A DNA stretch of 32,000 nt, taken from positions 31,796 to 63,795 of the forward strand of contig JBAZYK010000005.1 in the NCBI GenBank assembly GCA_041659405.1. The letters run 5' to 3'. The notes under the pieces were generated by a model that searched no databases, was not told where the DNA came from, and saw only the letters and a list, made by a program, of their open reading frames with translations. Each line of letters opens with the position of its first letter. The stretch's first letter is position 1. The stretch comes from Candidatus Altimarinota bacterium. Its GTDB lineage: Bacteria; Patescibacteriota; Gracilibacteria; UBA1369. Shown here in pieces: positions 7,275-15,782 of this stretch. The translations under genes were made by a program, and so were the position numbers.

Positions 7275-7895
7275 ATGAAAATAAAAATAGTAGCATTAGT
7301 TTCATTGCTTTTATTCACTGGATGCTCGTTTTCTAAGCAACCTGAGGCGTTTTTGGGTACAAAATTTGGAATGTCATCTGCAGAAGTAGAAAATGTTGTT
7401 GGTAAAAAACTACTAACTGGTGATGAGTATTTAGCTGACGCATCAAATCCAAAGTTTTTTGATTGGCTTGCTAAAAAGTATGGAGCGATTGCAATAAATA
7501 ATGTCCCGCTAGACAAGGAATATGCTGATAGATCGAAGGATTTTTTTATGTCTAGGATAATGCTTTATGACTTTCCGGCAGGAACTGATTTTAATTTTTT
7601 GGACGATAAGTTGAATAATGTTTCTGTCAATTTTGACGTAATGTTTGGGAATGCAGATGACCTACTTGGTAAAATTAAAGAAAGTCTTGAGAAAAATTAT
7701 AAATTTATTGTAAAAGAGGACAGCAAAGATGTGCCTGGAGCTTACACTTTAAAATATCAAAAAGACGATGTTAATGTTGATTTATGGATTAATGCAGTCG
7801 GACAAAATAAATATGTCAATTTAGATATTCATTACCTGCCTTTTAATAAGGCTTATGATGAAGAACTTAAAAAACGAGAGCAGAAAGCTTTATAA
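7275..7895 (+). CDS. Hypothetical lipoprotein
   Basis: MKIKIVALVSLLLFTGCS is a signal peptide with lipobox LFTG|C. The rest is unrecognised. Confidence 0.65.
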   Translation: MKIKIVALVSLLLFTGCSFSKQPEAFLGTKFGMSSAEVENVVGKKLLTGDEYLADASNPKFFDWLAKKYGAIAINNVPLDKEYADRSKDFFMSRIMLYDFPAGTDFNFLDDKLNNVSVNFDVMFGNADDLLGKIKESLEKNYKFIVKEDSKDVPGAYTLKYQKDDVNVDLWINAVGQNKYVNLDIHYLPFNKAYDEELKKREQKAL

Positions 7896-7935
7896 TGAAA
7901 TTTGATTCAACGAAAAGTTCTACAATAGCAGTATC

Positions 7936-8964
7936 TTAGGATAGCTTATTTAACAAATCTTCGGCAAAAGTATTCAAATTTCCGTCATTTGTATCTTCAA
8001 AAATATCGACTAACTTTTTATCAAATTGCGCAACCCTAGCTTCCCATATTGCTTTAGTCTCTAATTCTTTTTTCACTCCGGAATCATCTTGTGAATAACA
8101 TAATTGATTTTTGATTTTCTTCATATTTCCAACTATAACCAAACGCAGATGATAATTTTTCACTGCATCCAAAATAACATCATTAATGTGCTTATCCCTA
8201 AAACTATATCCGATAACCACTAATGTTGCTCCATCTCTACATAATACCTCTCTAAATAGCCACAAATAGAAAGCGAGCAATGGTTCTTTTTCCAAATCTC
8301 TAGGCTTATTCTTTCCAAAAATCATTCCATCAGAACCGTCAGCAGATAACCAGCCGTATGAGCCATGCAATTTTATATAATTTAAGTCATTCAAATCACG
8401 ATAATCTCCAACGTGGCCTTCGGCAGCAGAAACGCGACCTTTAAGTTTCTCAATCTCTGATAAATTGGGAAGCTGTACAAAATCTTTTCTCTCTAAAACC
8501 TGCTTTTTATTTAACTTTGCTGCTTCAGCAATAGGTATACCATAGGCTTTCATCCCACTACGACTCTCGTGTAATAGATCCTGATTCAGTGTAAAGAAAA
8601 ACCCTTTTTGGCTCCCCCTGCCTATAATTCGTTGTATCAAAGTCCTTCCGACTTTACTGTATGTTCCACCTGCCTTATTAAAATCACTTTTTAATTCTTT
8701 ATCTAAAGCTTTATAAGCATCAATAACTAGCTCTCTTGCAATGGTTTTATCCTTCGGATTTATATCGTTTGATGCGTCTATTTCTGAATAGATGCCTTCA
8801 TAATCAAGATCGTCAGAGTTACTAATAATTCCTCGCGCAATATCTGACAAAGAATTTATCCTCGAATTATTAAAAATCTTTTCATACATGTCACTAGCCA
8901 AAAAGCCACCATAATTGGCAGTGTAACCAGCACCAGTAAGTAAGATATTTTTCGAATAATCCAT
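7936..8964 (-). CDS. Stand-alone SIR2-like (SIR2_2 family) protein, putative NADase-type defence effector
   Basis: 342 aa with ILLTGAGYTANYGG (GAG nucleotide-binding start), FFFTLNQDLLHE (the TTNYD.L.E equivalent), YIKLHGSYGW (catalytic His motif) and LVVIGYSFRDKHIN. I recognise no fused sensor domain. Confidence 0.7.
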   Translation of the reverse strand: MDYSKNILLTGAGYTANYGGFLASDMYEKIFNNSRINSLSDIARGIISNSDDLDYEGIYSEIDASNDINPKDKTIARELVIDAYKALDKELKSDFNKAGGTYSKVGRTLIQRIIGRGSQKGFFFTLNQDLLHESRSGMKAYGIPIAEAAKLNKKQVLERKDFVQLPNLSEIEKLKGRVSAAEGHVGDYRDLNDLNYIKLHGSYGWLSADGSDGMIFGKNKPRDLEKEPLLAFYLWLFREVLCRDGATLVVIGYSFRDKHINDVILDAVKNYHLRLVIVGNMKKIKNQLCYSQDDSGVKKELETKAIWEARVAQFDKKLVDIFEDTNDGNLNTFAEDLLNKLS

Positions 8965-9246
8965 GATCGTTTATATAAATGTGTGTATGTGGATAAGTTA
9001 TCATATTGCAAGGGTAGGGACAAATTGCCACCCTGTTGAGTTGTCCGCCTATTTCGGACGACTGAATCAGGCGGAGAAAAATGGCAGAAAGGTTTAAAAC
9101 TGAGGATATTCAGCTTTGCTATGTTAGTATTGATGATTTTATGAATTCAATGGAACGGCTGAACCAATGGTGATTTTGGATTAAATGTAATACTATAGGT
9201 GCTGTTCAGTTATTAACTATGTCTTATAAATTAATTAAAAGTATTT

Positions 9247-9912
9247 ATGCAATCACAGGCGTCTAAAATTCTTTTTTCCGTAATTCTTACTGCAGTTATC
9301 GTTGGGGGAGGTGTTTATTTTTGGCAGCATCAAGAAGCCGCTCAGATCACGACTCCAGTAGTAACTGTAAAAGATTCGGAACAACTTAATATAAAGCCAG
9401 TAACACAAGAATCCACTTCAACAGATCTTTTTGAATTAGCAAAAAACACAAAAGATGAGTTCACTTATCTTGTCTCAGCACCAAAATTAACTGGTGACTG
9501 GAAAATGACAATAAATAACAATTCTGGAGATTATGTCCTTCGTTTTTCTTTAAAATATAAATATTCTCCTTGGGGAGAGTTGCGCTATACTAAGGCCGAT
9601 TTAACTGCGACTGATGGAGCTCCTCCTGTAAATGGTCTCTCAGGTGTTGCTTCTTATAGTTTCTGTGCCGGTCAATACTATTGTGATGAAACTAATCATA
9701 AAGGAATGGGCTTTGATCTTACATTTTGGAATGCAAAATTTATTGGAAGAGCAGCAGATCCAAAATTTTATTTAAAAGATGGTGAAACTTTTCTTAAAGA
9801 AACGGACAAATATATAGTTACCTATAAGCCATTTACTGGCTCGCCTGCTAATCAACAGGTGAAAGTGAATCAAGAAGTCTCAGACCTTGTGAGTTCTTTC
9901 GAGATTTATTAG
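9247..9912 (+). CDS. Hypothetical membrane-anchored protein
   Basis: The N-terminal TM/signal anchor is ILFSVILTAVIVGGGVYFW. The rest is unrecognised. Confidence 0.6.
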   Translation: MQSQASKILFSVILTAVIVGGGVYFWQHQEAAQITTPVVTVKDSEQLNIKPVTQESTSTDLFELAKNTKDEFTYLVSAPKLTGDWKMTINNNSGDYVLRFSLKYKYSPWGELRYTKADLTATDGAPPVNGLSGVASYSFCAGQYYCDETNHKGMGFDLTFWNAKFIGRAADPKFYLKDGETFLKETDKYIVTYKPFTGSPANQQVKVNQEVSDLVSSFEIY

Positions 9913-9957
9913 CTTTTAATCCGGCCGCCAAGACCTCGCGAAAAAATCATAATTTAA

Positions 9958-10192
9958 ATTAATATTTTAACAAATACCTATGGAAATTAAGGATAGTAAT
10001 GGCGTGGTGCTGCAGACTGGGGACAGCGTTCAGGTAATTAAGGACCTCAAAGTTGGCGGATCTTCGATGGTGCTAAAAAGAGGCGACGTGGTCAAAAACA
10101 TCAAAATAGTTGAGGACGAAGAAGAGGTGGAATGCCGCATAGGCAAGGCCACAATCATGCTCAAACCAGAATTTCTAAAGAAAAAGGGTTAG
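9958..10192 (+). repeat. Direct repeat copy 2 (235 bp)
   Basis: See copy 1. The differences are one I/V codon change (A4637 vs G10026), one silent change, and four changes in the last 30 nt. Confidence 0.9.
9980..10192 (+). CDS. PhnA/YjdM C-terminal-domain protein (70 aa), copy 2
   Basis: 69 of 70 aa are identical to the 4591-4803 product. Confidence 0.75.
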   Translation: MEIKDSNGVVLQTGDSVQVIKDLKVGGSSMVLKRGDVVKNIKIVEDEEEVECRIGKATIMLKPEFLKKKG

Positions 10193-10353
10193 CCAGGATC
10201 AGATGGATGAGCGGCTGAAGCACCGAGAAGTGAAAAAACTTTTAATACAGTCAAAGAAAAAATAATTGGCAGTCGCCCCACCACCGATCTTGTAACACTT
10301 TTTTGGGAATCCTGTTATATTGTGATGTATCATTTCTTAATCCCCTTTTCCCT

Positions 10354-12192
10354 ATGAAAAAATTGTCATTGGCCATGCTGGGAGTGCTTGGCATCACGGT
10401 TGTTTTGGCTGGTTGTAGCGCCGAAACAGTTACAACCCCAAGTTCAACCACTCCGGTTACTGTTCTAACTCAGACGCAGGCCACTCAAACCGAGCAAACT
10501 ACTCAGACTCAACAATCTTTTCAGGTTACTCCGGTTGAAACAAACGAAGTTTCATTTACTAAGACGACAGCACTTACCCCTGAATCTGTGCTTTCACAGG
10601 CCAAAATAACCAAGCTTGTTGCTGCGTATAATGATAATCTGAAAATTACAGATCCAAAACAAAAAATTGACTGGGGAACAAATTATCCTGGAGGTATGGG
10701 CGGCGATTCATCACTCAAAGCTTCATTCCGTTTTTATAATGCGGGCAAATTGAAGGTTGCACCTTATAAAGATTGGGATCTGCTAGTGCTTTCACTTGGT
10801 TGTGATGGGCCTTGCGATCATAATCCGGTTTATCGTTTGGCGCAGAATCCTGCCAACCAGGACCTTACTATGCTCACAAAATATTCCGACGATTTAAGTG
10901 ATAGTCGTATAGTTGGCTTGTTGGCTGCAATAACTCAAGATAAAAAATTTACAATCCCTGCGCTTGATTTGCCGGCAACATTAGCGATTACGGGCTCCAC
11001 AGCTGTGCTGAAGCTAAAATTTGCTGACAGTGAATATATTCCCGACTTAATCAAGTTAGCACCTGCGTACAGAAATTTTTACACCAAGGTACTTTATAAT
11101 TCCACGATCGGGCCGGTTTATGCATACGACACCAATTTGAATTCGAATGGATCAGGTGTTGGCTGTGTCCAAGTCAAAAAGCCTGATGGTTCAGTCGCGA
11201 CCTACGCTTTTGAGACGGGATTCGACAATAATAAGTTAACCATGAAACCTGTGGGCGGAACGGAAATGCCCGTGGCTGGAAACTATGAACCCGGACAACG
11301 TGGCTGCGGTATCGGTAGCAATTGTTATTATACAACATCGGTCAACGAGAAAAATCTTCAAGAATATGTAACTCTTTCCAATGGGCTGAAACTTTATGCA
11401 CCGATAAAAACTGATGAAAAAGCTGATCCACTAAATGTGACAGACGATGTTGGACTGATGAATTCTACCTACAAGCAATATGCCAGCTCTTACCAATACG
11501 GTGATACTTCCAAACCAAAGCTGACTTTTGCCCAATATGTAACCAACCATCCGGTGTTATTTTGGCAGGATCCGTTCAAGCGCTGGAGCACGTTGGTTTC
11601 TTCAAAGTTTGCGTCGCCTGCGGAATGCGGCAAACCGGTCATTTATCTCTATCCTCAAAAAGATACTAAGGTAAGCGTAAAAGTTGGAATTGATAAAATC
11701 ACCAAGAGCGATCCAAATTATGGTACAAACGGCTGGACTGTTTTGGCGCATGTTGGAGGCTTATTGACCAACTTAGCCGACGGCAAAGACTATCCGTATC
11801 TGTTTTGGGAAGGCCAGAGCAGCAAAATGATTGGGGTAGAAAATGGCTTTAGCGTGGCCCGTGGCGATCTTGAAAATTTCTTAAATCGCACTTTAAAACA
11901 GGCCGGATTAAATGCGCAGGAAAGCAAAGATTTTATGGAATTCTGGTATCCAAGAATGATGGCGAACAAGCAGCCGTACTTCATAATCAGCTTTGTGGGA
12001 ACAACTGAGTTCAATAAAATTGCACCTCTTAATATTTCCCCAAAACCGGATACCTTGGCGAGAGTATTTATGTATTATCAGCCAAGTTATGCCAACATAA
12101 ATCTTAGACCGCAAGTAATAAATGGCTTTGCGCGCCGCGGATTTACAGTTGTTGAATGGGGCGGGACTTCCAATATCCCATGGGTATACTAA
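10354..12192 (+). CDS. Large hypothetical lipoprotein
   Basis: I moved the start from the track's 10303 to the internal ATG, giving MKKLSLAMLGVLGITVVLAGCS (lipobox LAG|C). A T/Q-rich linker follows (TQTQATQTEQTTQTQQ). The C-terminal region PVIYLYPQKDTKVSVKV...YLFWEG is unrecognised. Confidence 0.65.
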   Translation: MKKLSLAMLGVLGITVVLAGCSAETVTTPSSTTPVTVLTQTQATQTEQTTQTQQSFQVTPVETNEVSFTKTTALTPESVLSQAKITKLVAAYNDNLKITDPKQKIDWGTNYPGGMGGDSSLKASFRFYNAGKLKVAPYKDWDLLVLSLGCDGPCDHNPVYRLAQNPANQDLTMLTKYSDDLSDSRIVGLLAAITQDKKFTIPALDLPATLAITGSTAVLKLKFADSEYIPDLIKLAPAYRNFYTKVLYNSTIGPVYAYDTNLNSNGSGVGCVQVKKPDGSVATYAFETGFDNNKLTMKPVGGTEMPVAGNYEPGQRGCGIGSNCYYTTSVNEKNLQEYVTLSNGLKLYAPIKTDEKADPLNVTDDVGLMNSTYKQYASSYQYGDTSKPKLTFAQYVTNHPVLFWQDPFKRWSTLVSSKFASPAECGKPVIYLYPQKDTKVSVKVGIDKITKSDPNYGTNGWTVLAHVGGLLTNLADGKDYPYLFWEGQSSKMIGVENGFSVARGDLENFLNRTLKQAGLNAQESKDFMEFWYPRMMANKQPYFIISFVGTTEFNKIAPLNISPKPDTLARVFMYYQPSYANINLRPQVINGFARRGFTVVEWGGTSNIPWVY

Positions 12193-13175
12193 AAAAATTA
12201 CAATCCAAAGGAGTTCGCTGCGCTCGCGGAATATATGCGAACTTCGCGCGTAAGGGATGGGCCATACACGTGGCCCTCCTTTTGGTTGTGATGATTGGCG
12301 GAATTGGTCTGGGAGTTTTGTACCAGCCGGGGACGCGGACGGGATCCGTGCCAGTTCCGGGGCAAAAAACGCCGTCCAATGTTACGAGTAATGCTCGCTC
12401 TAATGCTACCGGGAAGATTGTGGGCGCGGTTCTCCCCCATCATTTATTAGTGGCGAATTTTATTGACGATTTTTATGCTGAACTGGCCAAACAAATCAAA
12501 CCTGCACGCATAATTTTGATCAGCCCGAATCATTTTGATAAAGGTGTGAAGTACATTCAAACCGCTACGGTAACGCCAAATGACCAGTATAATGATTTGC
12601 TGGATTTGCAGGCCATTAATTTTTTGGCTTCAAAGGCCGGCGCGTTTATCGAAAATAAATATTATTCGGTTGAGCATGGAATTTATGTTCATTATCCGTT
12701 TATAAAAAAATATTTTCCACAGGCACAAATTATTCCGATAACTTTAAAGCGAGGAACACCGCAGGCACAAATGGATAAACTGATTGCGGATTTGCAGGAT
12801 TTGCAAAAGATCGAAAATAAAACCACTTTAATTTTGGCGAGTGTGGATTTTACGCATTACGTTTCCGAGGATATTGCAGCCAAAAATGACCAACAGACGA
12901 TTGCCTACTTTACGCAGTGGGCATCAGTCGAAAGTTTAAGAAACAATCCCGCACAGGTTTTTGCCGATTTGGTGCGACTGTCAAAATCACCAAAAGAACA
13001 AAATCCCGATGCGGTTGCCATAGATAGCCCTGAAAGCATTTACGTTATGTTGAATTATCTAAACGACAACGGTGTTCACGGTTTTTCGCTCTGGAAACGC
13101 ACTTCCACGTTAAGTCTGACCACGCTTAAAGATCCAAACATGAACACGAGTCATATTTTTGGAAAGTTTTTATAG
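12180..13175 (+). CDS. Memo-like / AmmeMemoRadiSam system protein B family, membrane-anchored
   Basis: GAVLPHHLLV, ILISPNHF, YYSVEHGIYVHYPFIKKYF and ASVDFTHY fit the Memo/class-III extradiol-dioxygenase-like family. There is an N-terminal TM helix, WAIHVALLLVVMIGGIGLGVLY. The start is ambiguous (12156 or 12180). Confidence 0.6.
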   Translation: MGILKKLQSKGVRCARGIYANFARKGWAIHVALLLVVMIGGIGLGVLYQPGTRTGSVPVPGQKTPSNVTSNARSNATGKIVGAVLPHHLLVANFIDDFYAELAKQIKPARIILISPNHFDKGVKYIQTATVTPNDQYNDLLDLQAINFLASKAGAFIENKYYSVEHGIYVHYPFIKKYFPQAQIIPITLKRGTPQAQMDKLIADLQDLQKIENKTTLILASVDFTHYVSEDIAAKNDQQTIAYFTQWASVESLRNNPAQVFADLVRLSKSPKEQNPDAVAIDSPESIYVMLNYLNDNGVHGFSLWKRTSTLSLTTLKDPNMNTSHIFGKFL

Positions 13176-13178
13176 GCC

Positions 13179-15077
13179 TTATACCGGCCCCCTGCTCTTA
13201 AAATGCTGATACATGGACATAATTCTGGCTACGTAATTTTGTGTTTCTCTGTATGGTGGAACGCGATTGCCATATTTTGCCACTGCACCTTCTCCGGCGT
13301 TGTATCCGGCTAAAGTTAAAGACATATCTCCGTTGTATTTGTTCAACAATTTTGAAAGTAATTTTACTCCGGTCATGATTGATTTTTCCGGGTTGGCACG
13401 ATCATCTTCCGGATCCAGCGCATAATATTTTCGGCCTTTTGAACTTATTTTTTCAATACTTGGTAAGATTTTTGCGTTTGCATTTCCCAGTCCACGATAT
13501 GTGTCCGGCATGATCTGCATTAAGCCACCCGCGCCAACCGGCGAAGCAATATTTGGATTAAATCCCGACTCCTGATTCATTACGGCGACAACGAAATCTT
13601 TATCCACATTGGGATAAGTACGACAAGCCTGTTCTATTAGCGGCATGTACTTTTCGGCTTTGCGCAATGCTCTTTCCGATGCTGATTCCAAACCGGTTTG
13701 CGCGACTTCCCGCTCATCACGTTTTTCAGCTTTAATTTCCGAAGGAAGAACGGCTTGTGCATATTCTTTTGCTTTTTCGCTTTGCAAAAGGTCTCTGCAC
13801 TTGGATGGATCTTTATCAAATTCCAGGTGCATTTCATCTAAAGTATCCGGATTCCAATCTGCCCCGCAATTAAATCCAACACTTCTAAAAACGGCTAAAA
13901 CTTCCGCCGGCATGTTGCCGGATTTTTTATATCTTGGATTTTTTGATGGATCAATATCAAGCGCTACGCCCCAAGAATGAAGGTTTTTTTTGCCGGTATC
14001 TTTTCCCTGCGCATCTGCAATATTTCTTTTGTTGTAAGACTGAATAACTTCCGGATTAAATTTAATTCCGGCCTTGCGCAAACGCTCTTCAACTTCAACC
14101 AAATAAGGCATTATTAACCGATTCACCGCAAAATTTTTGCCTAAAAATGTAAAAGGTTTATTTTTTTCGACAGGATCTTTATTACTGATTAAAGTGGTGT
14201 TTTCGCCCACAACGGAAGTCCAAAATCTGCGATCAACCTTTTCGTAATCTTTGCCGTTAATGTTTACAACTTCCCTGGCGCGAGTTTTTTCCGGTTTTGC
14301 CTGTGGAGCTTTGGACATAGGGCCTTCAACCGTTATAACTGGAGGCGTTTGTGACTGATTTTCACGTGGCAAAGACTGATGAGCAGTCTCCGCATCCCGT
14401 GCGATTTTTTCAAAAAGAATTTTTTCCCCCAGCTGAACACGTTGTACATCAAAATCGTCTTTTGAGCCGGTACTTAAAATTTCCACGGACCAATCATTGT
14501 AAACGGGTACATACTTTAAAATGTGCTTTTCCAAATAAGTTTTTTTATCAAAATAACCAATTCTATGTGGATTTACTGTTTTATCAATCGCGCGGAAAGC
14601 TTCTTCGGAAACCACTGTCCCGGTATCATCCATAACTTTTACAGTTTTTATATTGTTGGCAAACATATCACCTAAACCGATGATGTCTTGAGCTGTTTTA
14701 TTTCCCGTAAAATCGACTTTAAAAGCCAACTTTGAAGGCTGCTTATTATCTCTTTCCAAAAAAGATGCAGACAACAGAATATGCTTTCGGTCAGGGTCTT
14801 TGCCATTTTCTTCCGGGGACATTCCACCGGACCGCATTGCTAGTTTTGCCTTATTGGCCATGTCAAAATCATTTTCGTTTTGGCCTTTTTGATATTGATT
14901 GTCCCACTCCAAACTACGTGCAAAAAAGTTGCGATGATCTTTTGGAGGAAGATTCTTAATACCATCCAAAAAAGGTTGAAGATTTTTTTCATTTTCACGC
15001 AAAGCTTTCAAAGCTTCCGGTGTTTTTGCTTCTATGTTGGGTAATTCTGGTTGTGAACGCTGCACAGGGTCGCCCAT
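13179..15077 (-). CDS. Bifunctional cell-wall hydrolase: LAS/M15-type peptidase domain plus C-terminal SLT lytic transglycosylase domain
   Basis: NLHSWGVALDID (HxxGxAxD) and LDEMHLEFD fit the VanY/M15 zinc peptidase pattern. AVMNQESGFNPNIASPVGAGGLMQIMPDTY is a classic SLT catalytic-Glu motif. There is no obvious signal peptide. Confidence 0.75.
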   Translation of the reverse strand: MGDPVQRSQPELPNIEAKTPEALKALRENEKNLQPFLDGIKNLPPKDHRNFFARSLEWDNQYQKGQNENDFDMANKAKLAMRSGGMSPEENGKDPDRKHILLSASFLERDNKQPSKLAFKVDFTGNKTAQDIIGLGDMFANNIKTVKVMDDTGTVVSEEAFRAIDKTVNPHRIGYFDKKTYLEKHILKYVPVYNDWSVEILSTGSKDDFDVQRVQLGEKILFEKIARDAETAHQSLPRENQSQTPPVITVEGPMSKAPQAKPEKTRAREVVNINGKDYEKVDRRFWTSVVGENTTLISNKDPVEKNKPFTFLGKNFAVNRLIMPYLVEVEERLRKAGIKFNPEVIQSYNKRNIADAQGKDTGKKNLHSWGVALDIDPSKNPRYKKSGNMPAEVLAVFRSVGFNCGADWNPDTLDEMHLEFDKDPSKCRDLLQSEKAKEYAQAVLPSEIKAEKRDEREVAQTGLESASERALRKAEKYMPLIEQACRTYPNVDKDFVVAVMNQESGFNPNIASPVGAGGLMQIMPDTYRGLGNANAKILPSIEKISSKGRKYYALDPEDDRANPEKSIMTGVKLLSKLLNKYNGDMSLTLAGYNAGEGAVAKYGNRVPPYRETQNYVARIMSMYQHFKSRGPV

Positions 15078-15162
15078 GGTTTTGAATATAATAATTCTTA
15101 TTATTTTATCATAAATTGTGATTTTTTGCCATTCCTGAAGCCATTATTACCACACTAACGGC

Positions 15163-15191
15163 TTGACAAATTTAAGCTTCTCACTTAAGTT
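15163..15191 (+). promoter_or_regulatory. Candidate promoter of the Rrf2-suf operon (TTGACA-17 nt-TAAGTT)
   Basis: Consensus -35 at 15163-15168 and a weak -10 at 15186-15191. A small inverted repeat, TTAAG-N7-CTTAA, overlaps the spacer and is a possible operator. Confidence 0.3.
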
Positions 15192-15219
15192 GTAATAGCT
15201 CAATTAAGACCAATTTGGT

Positions 15220-15774
15220 ATGATTTCAATTTCGAAGACAAATCGGCCGCAAACTCAAAGGATTCGCAAGGTGAAAAATGGCTTTTCTAAGGCATTAATT
15301 CCCCAAGGTTCGCCAAACAAGCACGGACTTTTTCAGCTTTCGCACAAGGTTGATTATGGACTGTTTTTAATGATGGAATTGGCGAAAAAGGGTGTTGGGT
15401 CGCAAAAGAGCACAAAAAGCCTCACAGAGCCCCTTTCTTTGCGTCAGGTTGCCGATGAGCATCAAATGTCTTTCTTCTTTTTGCAAAAAGTCGCGAATGA
15501 TTTACGAAATGCGGGACTGATCACGGCCAGTCGCGGCAAACTTGGAGGTTATATTTTGGCTCAAGAAACGTCTAAAATCACTTTAAAAAATATTCTGGAA
15601 GCTTTAGAAGGACCAATTGCGGTAATGCACTGCCTTACTTCCGCGGCGGAAAGCCCAAGCTGTGTGCGTGAAAATTCGTGTGAAGTTAGGCCGGGACTTA
15701 ATTCAATCAATCAAATTTTGTTAAAAGCTCTTTCAGAAACTACGTTAGCCAATATTCTTTCAAATCATTTATAA
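15220..15774 (+). CDS. Rrf2-family transcriptional regulator (IscR/SufR-like), probable suf regulator
   Basis: LSHKVDYGLFLMMELAKK...LSLRQVADEHQMSFFFLQKVANDLRNAGLITASRGKLGGYILA is the Rrf2 wHTH. The Cys residues C-x8-C-x5-C (MHCLTSAAESPSCVRENSC) could ligate a cluster. There is an unusual ~40-aa N-terminal extension, and the start could instead be GTG at 15271. Confidence 0.8.
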   Translation: MISISKTNRPQTQRIRKVKNGFSKALIPQGSPNKHGLFQLSHKVDYGLFLMMELAKKGVGSQKSTKSLTEPLSLRQVADEHQMSFFFLQKVANDLRNAGLITASRGKLGGYILAQETSKITLKNILEALEGPIAVMHCLTSAAESPSCVRENSCEVRPGLNSINQILLKALSETTLANILSNHL

Positions 15775-15782
15775 ACTTCGTC

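Noticed and set aside
9045-9173. A 30-codon ORF (9081-9173, MAERFKTEDIQLCYVSIDDFMNSMERLNQW) with a GGAG 4 nt upstream, preceded by a CCGCCT...AGGCGG hairpin that overlaps the RBS. It lies between the SIR2-like gene and the membrane-protein gene.
   Set aside because: It is too short and has no recognisable family. It could be a gene fragment or chance. I keep it as a note only, and conservation in relatives would be needed.
2709-10192. Calling the island an integrative mobile element or prophage.
   Set aside because: I found no integrase, recombinase, transposase or phage structural gene, and the only boundary evidence is a weak tRNA-like fragment and the PhnA-C gene duplication. It is reported as an accessory or defence island, not as a defined mobile element.
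10303-10353. The N-terminal extensions implied by the track starts at 10303, 18966, 20728, 25341 (TTG), 25930 and 27464 (TTG).
   Set aside because: Internal ATGs give canonical N-termini: a lipoprotein signal peptide, and the conserved starts of SufS, DUF59, peroxiredoxin and TrxB. The 18966 start would also overlap the Cys-rich ORF.
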